Origin: Chrysomallon squamiferum
Taxonomy: Eukaryota; Animalia; Mollusca
Length of the DNA stretch: 64,000 nt
Direction: 5' to 3'
NCBI GenBank assembly: GCA_012295275.1
Contig: CM022668.1
Span: forward strand, 16,120,001 to 16,184,000
Positions within the stretch are counted from its first letter, which is position 1; every line of letters starts with the position of its first letter. The notes beneath the pieces were generated by a model, which saw only the letters and a program-made list of their open reading frames with translations, ran no database searches and was not told the DNA's origin. Made by a program: the position numbers and the translations under genes. Below are positions 53,056-64,000 of the stretch, one piece after another.

Positions 53056-54936
53056 TTGAATTATGTGGTTGTATATGTACACAAGTATATTTATAGATTG
53101 TTACTATTTGTTTTCTAATATTTGGTAATTTTCAATCGATCAGAATTTCTTTTTAACATTTTATTCTTTTTCACATTAATATTAATCACTTCTGAGGCTA
53201 CTCACTATTAAAATAGCAAGTGATATTTTGTATGTCATGATGATCATTTTGACTAAACTGCTCACATTTTCATATTAACCTACTAGAACCCAAAGATTCC
53301 TGTTCATGTGTTTGCTCACCCTGGGTTCCAGTGTTAATAGCTGTTAATATCTTCACCACTGATATGCTCTCTACTACAGCTAACAATCTCACCTCTTGAA
53401 GCTATCCTGTCTCTAATTTCCAGCCAATATTTCAGCCATTGGGGTTCTAGGGGCTAAAAATGATTTTACATTAAAATCCAGTCATTTGTTTTTAACTTGA
53501 TATAAATTGGAGTTATCTTTCTTTGACTGTGGTGTTAATATTTGTCAACACAGATTAGAATTTAGATGAATGTTTCTTTGTCCAGAACAGTGAATAAAGA
53601 TTTAATTCTCTAATAAAATAATGTGATGTTGCAATCTTATAAACATTGATAAATATGACACAGCAGATCCACTGCAGAAGGTATTTTATGTACACTTTGA
53701 AATAAACATTTTATTTACTTATTTAAAACAAATTAAAAATAAAACTACAACAACACTAATATTATAATAGTAAGCAAAGTAACTAAAGAAAAAATAATAA
53801 ATTAAAAGAAATATATTTACCTCCATGTTTAATATAAAGGAAAAATAAAACACGTTTTTGGATTAGACATATGTTTTATTTATTTAAATAGTTGAACAGC
53901 TTTGTTCACAAATAATCACACACAAAAAAAAAGTATAAATTATATCTAATACATGGGTATAATAAGATGAAATGTGTTTGTAACTGACATTTGTTCACAG
54001 TTAAACAATAAGTGTATAAATTTGAATGATATGAGGAATAATAGCAGACATTACTTGATGAATACCTCTAAATTTGAACTATATAGAATTATTATATAAA
54101 AGTTGAACTATTATAATGAATTACATTGTATCAGTTTTAACTTTATGATGAATTAATCTAATTAATCGTATCATTTTGATGATGTGGAGAAATATCTCCT
54201 ACTGATACATTGTCTAGTGAATTATTACAGCACCTAAATAGATATTAATGTCATGCACCAAATAAAATAATTTGAAGATTACTGGATGATTTGGAACAGA
54301 GAAACCCAACACCATACCACTCCAAAGCTAATAAATAAGTAAATGATTTTTGTATTCTGCTTGCTGTGTACAACAAATGTTGATAAATTAGTAACAGGAC
54401 CTTAGTTGGAACAGGAAAAGCTGACACATTAAGCTTTAGCCTTTTCATTTCAGATGCAGAAGTATGATGGGTTTCTTTAATATGTAAATTTTCAGTATCT
54501 TCTGTTCTAGCTTATAATGTTTTCTAAATATTTTAAGTTGCTTTATTCTTTGTGTAAATAACCATACATACTGAAATTTTTGTACTGAAATCATTAACAG
54601 ATTTGATAAAACTCTTGATTTGTTTTCTATCTCATAAATATTTTATTTAAAAAACATTTTAATTCTTTTTATGAATGAAGAATAGAACTGATACATGAGT
54701 GTATGTATAAATGTGTGAAATTATGCTATAACGAGAATAGCTGACTTAGGATATAATACCAATCACATAGAGATATATAACAACTGAAACTAATATTGAT
54801 TCTTTCTTTGTCAATTTTATGTCAACACAAAAAGTCAAAATAAGAAAAGGAATTGCTAATTATTTTTGTAGGAAAAAAATTAACTATCAGTTTCAGTAAT
54901 TTCTGTCAAACTGCAGAAGTTGGGTGTCTGCCCACT

Positions 54937-56556
54937 TTAATCTATCTCAGCTGAACCAGCCACGCAACAGAGTATGCACTGTCCTAGAGCACTGTTACTG
55001 TATTTAGTAACCACATTTATCGACTGCGAACTCCGCGATGTTTGATCTGCACTGCTCAGTCGCTTCATTTCGGGTTTCGAAGGTGAAAAGCAGGGAAATC
55101 GTACAGGCCTGTTGAAAACTGGGACGATTTTCTTCGATGCGTTCTTTTCTGCGTATATTGGATCTGCTGATGGTCCGATTGAGACTGGAATTGCAAACTG
55201 AACTCGACCTCCTCCTGGCGAAAGTTTCAGTACAACTTTCAAAGTGTAAGTCACTTCAATAGTTTTACATCCACTCAGGAATGATGTGAGAAGATGGGTT
55301 GGAGTCGGTATTGTCATTTCAAAGTACGACTCTCCACTCTTCTCCGTTTCTTCAGGATCTTTTCGTGTCAGCTGAGTGAGAACAAATGTTTGTTTTTCTT
55401 TGATGGCGCTAAGGTTGATGTTCTGTTTCAGATGACAGGTTATGTCTTTGATTTTCTGTGTCTGCGGCAGATGAGCTGTAAGCTGCAGTCTGATGTCATC
55501 ACCAGCGAGAAAAACAGCTCTGTCGAGGCTCAGTGTGAAGTAGGCGATGTTGTTGTTAGCACATGACAGAAGTATTTCTTCCTCGTGCAGAACAGGTATC
55601 AGTGCGTTTGGAATTTGGTGAAGATCAAAAGGCCGCTGAACATTAAATGTTTGTTTTTTACACAGCAGAACTTTAACCAGATTATTTAAACTTGATGTTG
55701 AACCTCGAATGGATGATGATCCTATGTCATCACAGATCCTGGCTTTGAGCATGTAGGATATTTCAAACTTGAATCCACTGTGTCTGTGTTCAAAGGACAG
55801 ACTGCTGGGAATCGTCCTCGGTAACTTCACTTTGAAGGATGAGACGTAGTGTCCAGGAGTCAAAACCGATGTCCATCTGGCGTCACCTGTGCCTATCACG
55901 TAAGTTCTCTTCTGAAGGTAAATCTCTTTCTGCTGCAGTGGTGGTCCTTCTTTGTGTTTCTGTAAAGTTACAGTGCCCTCTCCCACACAAATGAGCTCCA
56001 GGAATCTTATTTCCACACTTCTCCTAACATCCATGTGAATACAACCACAGACCTCTTCACCTGGCCGGTACTGGAACTTTTCTGTTTTCTGCAGCTCTAT
56101 GTCAAAGAAAGAAATAGCACTTTCCTTTGTCTCCAGCCGACGAAGTGTTGCAGGAGAGTGGTGGATGTGTTTTCCGTGATGTCGTGAACCTGAATAGACT
56201 GGTCTCTTGTTATGGTTGTAGCCAGTTACAGTATTGTGACCATGTCTTGGTCTTGTCCTTTTCTCCTGGAGTACATTAGCTGGGAGAGATTTTATGCTGC
56301 CATAGTTAACGACATGACCATTTGCTATAGCATACTTGGCTCCGGCTTTGTGACTGTGGTGACTTTTTGATGAGGTTGTGTTGCTGTTGTAGCTGTTTGT
56401 TTTAGATGCTGGTATGTGTCCATTCCTTGCGTGGTTCCTGATGCAGTTGTCACGTTTGGAGTTTGAGGTTTGATAAATAGTTTTCTTCTTTGACACCTCG
56501 TTGCTTCCCTCACTGTTTGTCTGAACTAATTTGGATTTAGCACCGTTTGCAGCCAT
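54937..56556 (-). CDS. Arrestin domain-containing (alpha-arrestin/ARRDC-like) protein, 539 aa, single-exon CDS
   Basis: Arrestin_N-like YRPGEEVCGCI..LTPGHYVSSFKVKLPRTIPSSL..EISYMLKARI and Arrestin_C-like LSLDRAVFLAGDDIRL..IEVTYTLKV..IPVSIG. A candidate 5'-UTR acceptor (ctcaacag) lies at about 56776. Confidence 0.85.
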   Translation of the reverse strand: MAANGAKSKLVQTNSEGSNEVSKKKTIYQTSNSKRDNCIRNHARNGHIPASKTNSYNSNTTSSKSHHSHKAGAKYAIANGHVVNYGSIKSLPANVLQEKRTRPRHGHNTVTGYNHNKRPVYSGSRHHGKHIHHSPATLRRLETKESAISFFDIELQKTEKFQYRPGEEVCGCIHMDVRRSVEIRFLELICVGEGTVTLQKHKEGPPLQQKEIYLQKRTYVIGTGDARWTSVLTPGHYVSSFKVKLPRTIPSSLSFEHRHSGFKFEISYMLKARICDDIGSSSIRGSTSSLNNLVKVLLCKKQTFNVQRPFDLHQIPNALIPVLHEEEILLSCANNNIAYFTLSLDRAVFLAGDDIRLQLTAHLPQTQKIKDITCHLKQNINLSAIKEKQTFVLTQLTRKDPEETEKSGESYFEMTIPTPTHLLTSFLSGCKTIEVTYTLKVVLKLSPGGGRVQFAIPVSIGPSADPIYAEKNASKKIVPVFNRPVRFPCFSPSKPEMKRLSSADQTSRSSQSINVVTKYSNSALGQCILCCVAGSAEID

Positions 56557-57746
56557 TCTTACAACAACTTAGTTTTGTTTTGTCACTATTCTAGTGGGTT
56601 TATATCCCCTTTTGATAATTTTATTTAACTTTTTTTTCTTTGCTGTTTTCAGTCAATAAAATTAGGTTATGATGTGATCAGTCTTTATTTGACACAAATT
56701 CTTTTCTTTGTTTTCTTCTGCTTGTGTATTTGTATACATCATTTTGCTCTTCATGTTGACACGTATAGTCATTTTCTGTTGAGACACAACTAACAGACAT
56801 TCACATTAACAGACACAGTACATCACTCTCCATTGAGACATAAATTAATAGATCTTTCCTGATGTTGAATAAAACAATATATTGTTTTTTAAAACACTCA
56901 AAGAAAAAAAAATTAAAAATTATAATGCACAGTTTTGTTGAAAATCTGGGTGGAGGCAACAAGTAATTCCTATGCACAGGTAAATTTCCTTTTACTTGCC
57001 AGATGTAACTCAAGCATGAAGTTTATGGTCCTTGCCTCAATGAAGAATACATTACTAAATAAAAACTTCCCTTTTACATTCTTCAATGAAAGTCTCAGAT
57101 CATGTCAGAACAGCTTTTCTTCACAATGGATTTCTGGAGTGAGAAGAAAGGAAAAATATTGAGTAATACATGTCTGTATGCAGAAATCTTTAACAAAGAA
57201 AGTTTCTTACTTATATCCGTAAACTTGGAAAGCCTTTTATGATCTCATTTTCAAATATGGGGTGGGTTTGTAGGTTAAGGTAATTCTTTTGTTACAGACA
57301 ACTGTTGCTATTTTTAGCACTGGGCATGTTAAGAATAATTATTACTAACATTAGCATATAAATATTAAAAATTGTTGCATTTCTGGTTAAAGTTGTTTTG
57401 GGTGTGGATACACATATGTATGTTATGTATCATTGTGTCGTAAGCGTTTTGTGTCAGTGAGCATACCTGTATGATTGAATTATTATTTGTTCATTTATCA
57501 GCAGTAATGTTTACATACGCTTCACTGGTTAATGTTTTGAAAATGTATTTATTAGCGATGATGATGTTGATGATAATAATAATATGTGATCATTGTCAAC
57601 GTAATTATGATAATAACAACAACAACAATAAATCAACAACAATTTAAGTCTTACATATTATGAAAACAATTATTTATAGTCTTAGATAATTTTCCACAGA
57701 CTATTATTATTATTACTATGATTATTATTATTATTATTATTATTAC

Positions 57747-57788
<42 letters not shown>

Positions 57789-59358
57789 GTTTCTGTATGA
57801 AATTTTACAACAAGAAGGAAACCACTAATTTATATTTATTCTGTGGTGTGTTAATTTATTAGTAGTAAAGAATGGCAGTGAGAAAACAGTGGCTTGTTGC
57901 AGTAAAATGTATTTAGTCCATCTGTGTTTACAACACAAAGTAAGCTTTATCTTTACCATCTGACCTGTGTTTCTGTTTTCTTCTTCCTTTGTTTCAGTTG
58001 TTAAACAGTAATTGTGACTACCTATAGCTAATTGTAGGCTGTGTTTATGTTCATGTGTGTGTGTGTGTGTGGTGGTGAATGGGTGTGTCTGCTTGCAATA
58101 ACATTACTCATTTTCTTAAACCTTCAGTTTGTGTTATAAATTTTTTAAATAAATTTTATTTCATTTAGCTTAACTCAGTTTTGTTAGCCTTACTTATTCT
58201 TTGATTCAGTAAAACAAACCAATACATTACTGAAGCTATATTATTAAGTTTGTAAAAAATAAAATAAAAAGATAAAAAAATACAGAAGAAAAATGAATCA
58301 AATTGTATAAAAAGCAAAGACAAGTTTGTTTTCACCTAGTTTACATAAATAAATATCTATATTGAAACCATTTGTCAAACTACCCACAAAATAGTTAAAT
58401 CTTTTACTCAGTTTAAAGCAAATAAATTTTAAATGTTTTGAAAAATAGATTAGAATAATAATTATATAAATATATATTGTATTTATATATTAACTACCCC
58501 AGCTTAGCAGTAACCAAGATCACAATGAAAAATATTGTCATACCTGTCTTCCAGCCATCTTGAAATGCTGTAAATCAATAAAAGAATATCGGTTTGGCAC
58601 CTGCCACTTTATACCTACATTGATTAGAAAAGGTAATATACATGCTGACGACAGTAATCAATGCCTGCTATTTGTAAATCTTGTTCAAGTCATTCTTTAC
58701 ATGGTTAATAATTAATACTGTCATTTATTTCAGTTTAAAGTGAAGGCATATAAGCGTGGAACATTACTTTTGAAATGAATGTTTTGCAGTGTTTTGTTAC
58801 AATTGTTTTACTGTATCTATGGTGTGAAAGAAAAAGCAATAGATATAGTTTATATATAGTTTATAGATTTAATGTGGGGTTTTTTGTTGGTTTTTTTGTA
58901 TCTCTTCACACCAGTCTTTGATGATAATACAGGATGACAAAATGACAAATTAATGATGACACATCTATTTTATCATATATATATATATATATATAGATAG
59001 ATATATATATATATAGATGCATATATAAATATATATATATATGTGTGTATGTATGTATGTATGTATGTATGTATGTATGTATGTATATTACTTTATTATT
59101 ATTAAAGGTTGGTTGAAAGGTAATTCTAACATTACTGCACTGTCACTACAACTACTTATGATAATAATAATAAAATAAAAAGAATATTTGTCAGTATTAA
59201 TTTCTATCCAGCAAATAGACTTTAGGACTAAAGTTATACGAGAAGATTTTATAAATATTAACATCACCTCATCTACTGACAAAATTGATAGCTATTTGAA
59301 AGAAATATACATAGTTTAAGATGGTATAAATTTATTATGTTTTTATCTATGAAAATAA

Positions 59359-59397
<39 letters not shown>

Positions 59398-60489
59398 ATA
59401 TCCTATTTATCCATTCATAAGTTCTTGAAAATAGAACATGTCTATATATTTAAATTTATGTTTTTGTGTATATTTGTGTATAACTATAACTTGAAAATTA
59501 TCTACATAAATGCCACAAGTAGTTTAATGTGTGTATTTATTAAAATATATTTGTCTACTTAACTCTCTGTGTGTCTGTAATTGTTGAATTTATAAATAAT
59601 TTAATATATGTATTTAAAACATTTATATACCTAGATATATACCAATAGCTAATTATACAAACTAGCTGGATCACTGAATTTTACACTCTGTAATCTTGTT
59701 AACTGATTCAACAAACCTGACTTCACAGTTACGTTATTTTTTCTTAACACAGGTTATAATTCATACTTAAAACCTGTATTTGTCACTGCAATGGTTTGAT
59801 TATAACACTTCTGTAGCCCATCCCGCTCTGCAAATGGCCTACGATAATGAAATTGTATGAATATGAAATATCTCTTGCTGCTTTTGTGACATTCAGTGTG
59901 TCGTTCTTTCAATAAAATTCAATGGCTGAGGCTGTAAATATAATAAACAGCACTACATTTTATAAAGACTCAGGCTTTTTTCTTTTTTTTCAAATTCATA
60001 TTTAGGTCAGTTTTTCCTACTAGGTATACAAAACTTATATAGAATCCCTTCGGTTATTCTGTCCTGGATGTTTTTAAACATTTGCCTTGTTAGCTTGTAC
60101 ATGACAAGATAGAATGAAAGTTCTAACAACGTGAATATAGATTATTTTTAGTTGTAAATAATTAATTAACATGTCTTGTGTTACCTGCATTTTACTTTGT
60201 TATGATTCATAATGGAAATAGGTAAATGGATAATAATGTTTTTTAATCTTTGGACAAATGGATGTGTCTGAGCCATCAATAAATGAAAATTGTTTGTGTA
60301 TAAAAATGTGAAAATTGTTTGTGTGTAATAAATTGTAAATGTTTGTGTATAATAAATGATGCTTTTTATTTCTGACAACAGAGAAACCATTCTGATTTTT
60401 AAGGTTAAAAAAAGTACAAAATTCTAACAGTGATATCTATTGAACGATGATCTGTGTATTTATTATCATTTACTCAGTTACTCCTGTTT

Positions 60490-60710
60490 ATAAGTTCCAA
60501 CCAGTCTCCCACTGTTAGTTAAACCATAATTGTGAAATGTCCTTCCTATTACAGGGTAGGCATGTTAAAAATGTCCTTACTGCTAATTCTGGTAATTGAT
60601 GCTGATAATTACTATAGTGAGTAGGCATATATAAGAAATGTCTTTCTGCTAACTCTAGTAATTAATACTGATGGCTGGTATAGTCACTACAGAGTTCCCT
60701 CTCTCAGCAT
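60490..60710 (+). mobile_element. Highly degraded SINE-like remnant (similar to the 21.3-kb element), with internal duplication
   Basis: 'ttccaaccagtctcccact..ggtaggcatgttaaaaatgtccttactgctaa' occurs with a duplicate 'gtaggcatatataagaaatgtctttctgctaa', then 'gagttccctctctc'. Confidence 0.3.
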
Positions 60711-61170
60711 ATTATTATATTAAAAGGGACGTTATTTTAGATATTTAATAACCATTCTTAAGTAATATACACTTTCTCCAAGATAATGCACATATCTACA
60801 ATACAAAGTATCTAGGTTCTTTATGTACAAATATGTAGATGCAGTTATTACATTCTTTATTTCATTTTGAAAAAAAAAAAAATTCTTTACTAAAGTGGAT
60901 AATACTGTATTTATATTTATCATTGTTTTTTTGTGTGAAATGCTTTTTTAGATAAACACATCTCTAATGCATATTCACCGTTAATATAAAATATTTGTGT
61001 TGTTTTAACATCACTAGTCTGTATTTAATAGTTTTCTTTGTCTACTATCAGATTTCTATATCTATGTTTGTTGATCTATCTGTCTATATCTATCTGTATA
61101 TCTCCATATATATATGACAATAATTTTAAAATGAAACTGCAGCAAGATGTTTTATTTATTAATCATCATC

Positions 61171-61250
<80 letters not shown>

Positions 61251-62029
61251 TATTATTATTATTATTATTATTATTTTGCTTTTACTCAAGATGTAAAGAC
61301 TGTTGCCATCTCTTTTGAAGGCAAGTTATGAAACCTGTTGGAAATAACCCAGTACATACAGCTAAAAGAACTGAACCTGTCACATATCAGTTCAGAGTAT
61401 GGAAATGTAAACAGTGACAAAGAATTAACTGATGTGTGTCTGTCTGTCTATCTTTATATTTTATAAAATCTTCTACCAATATACCATTTAATCTGTAAGC
61501 TATTTGTAACCTGTTAATATAGAAATAATCACTGAGCATTAAAATTATAAATTTATTTAACAAATAAGAACAAAAACACTGTTTCAGCTCTTTTGAATAT
61601 TTACCCATTTTGGCTTTGATCTTTATATTTAATTATGTGTACATAAATATACATAAATTATTCATATTAGGACATTAAGATGCACCTAATGGACGTTAAG
61701 ATGCACCTAATCTGAACATGCATATTTGATCAAAGATACATTTTATTGGATCATATGCATCAGAAGATTAAAAGAAATCAGGAGAAGGAAATTGTAGATG
61801 CATATGCTTAATTTCATTTCATTGCGTAATCTGCATAATCAATTAGACTTTTTTTGACAATGTATCTAAGCTGCGAGAATACATTTTCATATTTTCTCAC
61901 ACTAACCATAGACCATTTGAATGCTGATGTAAGCAGTTCCTTTAGTTTAATTAAAAAACATTTCACATTTATTATTTAAAATAATATATAATTTCATGTT
62001 GCACACCCACACATTCATACAAATAAATT

Positions 62030-62043
62030 TACATGTGTTCATA

Positions 62044-62090
<47 letters not shown>

Positions 62091-62095
62091 ACATA

Positions 62096-62138
<43 letters not shown>

Positions 62139-62143
62139 ACATA

Positions 62144-62180
<37 letters not shown>

Positions 62181-62189
62181 GTATACATA

Positions 62190-62222
<33 letters not shown>

Positions 62223-62229
62223 GTGTACA

Positions 62230-62271
<42 letters not shown>

Positions 62272-62371
62272 CATGTGTGTGTGTGTGTATATATATATTT
62301 ATATATACGTATGTGTGTGTGTATATATATATTTATATATACATATATATATGTGTGTGTATATATTTATT

Positions 62372-62423
<52 letters not shown>

Positions 62424-62450
62424 TACACACACATCTACATATATACATAT
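62030..62450. repeat. Compound (TG)n/(TA)n/(CA)n microsatellite
   Basis: Directly visible. It is the source of several spurious low-complexity ORFs. Confidence 0.9.
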
Positions 62451-63076
62451 AAGGCATACCCATACAAATATAAACCTGGAACAGTTTTGAAAATTAATTA
62501 TAACAATACTTATAAAACCAAATCCATTGAACAATTAACAATATCAGAAGTTATAATCACATAAAACAGTTCTGAATATATATTCCCACTACAGTGTATC
62601 TGCATGTACAAAGAAATAAAATGAATTCAGTACAATAGATCTAATAAATAAAAAAAATAAAAAAATTTAATAGTAGTATCAGCATGTCACTACTAGCTTT
62701 TCTTTTAATTATCTCTTGTATTGTGAAGATTAAATTTTATCTCATCCATGATGAAGAAAGATAAAAGTATTTCTGTCATACTTACTGTTTGTAACTGTCC
62801 ATATTGAATTAATATTGTAGTATAATCATTTAAAGCCACTGACGTCTTAATGTCATACATGCATCTGATCCTGGGAACTGTGTGACAGAGTGACACCGAC
62901 TGTGTATTTTACTTTTCATTGGCAGTCACCTTTATGCATGTTCATCCAGGTGAGACCACGATCTGTTTGAATCAATGTTGTCATACAGCCTTCTGTTATA
63001 GTGTGGGCTTTCAGCGTGTTGGGGGGCCCTAACTGGGTGCACTCATTAAAACGTGCTGTGAGATTTTTATTTTATT

Positions 63077-63218
63077 TAGAGGCTTCATTAAGGTGAATGG
63101 TTTTTTTATTGTGTGAGCGTGTGTGTGTATATACAGCCATACTCACACACACACACTCACACACACACAAACACACATCATATATAACATCACCTTAGAT
63201 GGCTTAATGAAGGCTCTA
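63077..63218. mobile_element. Short MITE-like inverted-repeat element
   Basis: tagaggcttcattaag matches the reverse complement of cttaatgaaggctcta at 15/16 positions, with TA at both ends. Confidence 0.4.
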
Positions 63219-64000
63219 CATCAGACACGGAAAACCTGTTTTGAGAAGTGGGCCATATGAGACATGGCTCATCCTCAAGCAGGCTGCAGGTACTAATTTA
63301 TTAAATTTTGTGTTTTTACGTAGAGCTTATTTTACTTCAGGAACTGTTATAATAAAACAATTACATGTGTATTACTATATTAATAGATACAAAATAGACT
63401 CATTTTATATAATTTGAATTAACGTTATTTTTCCTTGCTCTAAAGTTTAAAAAAAAATAAATAAATAAATACACAAGAGTTAATTCTTAGTGTTTGATTG
63501 GTTTAAATCTTAAAATACCACTAATTTCTATAAATTTTTCTGTTATTTAAGATTTGAAGTCAAATGTTGAATACAACTTGTTATATACTCGTTGCAAATC
63601 AGCATTTTAACCTTTGCAGGATAAAGCTGATATCTTAAGATAGTATCCAGTTGTGTGTGTGCATGTGTGTATATGTGTGTGTATGTGTGTCTGTATGTGT
63701 GTCTGTGTGTCTGTGTCTGTGTGTGTGTGTGTATGTATATGTGAGTGCACACACTGTCATAAAAAAACAATTATTTTTTTCTAACGTCGTTTGCTATATT
63801 TTTAAACATTAGAAGCAATACACATTTAATTTTAATTGAATTTTTTTTTTTTTTTTTTTTTAAATTTTAATTTAATGTCATTTTTGAAGCAGTAGAGCTC
63901 TCCAGGAGATTCAAAGAAAGCATAAACATATGAAAATTATGACTTATATATGTATATTTTATTATTTTTTCACTGGCAAAATTGGATGATGAATAATAAT

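Noticed and set aside
53283-53450. ctagaaccc / gggttctag inverted repeat as a MITE
   Set aside because: The match is only about 9-12 bp with no clear TSD, which is too weak.

Overview
Very AT-rich, microsatellite-dense animal genomic DNA. A lophotrochozoan such as a gastropod is plausible, but this is only an inference from composition and a Nin-type SINE-like remnant. Four protein-coding genes were reconstructed by hand with frame-consistent exon chains. (1) CCDC14-like, minus strand, about 8869-17885, about 1318 aa. (2) ADAM17/TACE-like metalloprotease, plus strand, 20389-34635, 24 exons, 734 aa, head-to-head with CCDC14. (3) Kinesin-9 KIF9, minus strand, 38968-50810, 20 exons, about 826 aa, with an apparent 1-nt frameshift. 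(4) An arrestin-domain protein with an intronless CDS, minus strand, 54937-56556. The most striking signal is the splicing of ADAM17. The catalytic Glu of HExxHxxGxxH is completed only by a 6-nt microexon (27555-27560), and skipping it in frame would give a full-length but catalytically dead protease. The gene also has a U12 AT-AC intron, a GC-AG intron, a 30-nt exon and an overlapping uORF. All three multi-exon genes carry tandem duplications straddling their splice sites, producing decoy donors and acceptors. Several MITE/SINE remnants and a degenerate telomere-like tract are present. No CRISPR array, rRNA or intact tRNA was found.
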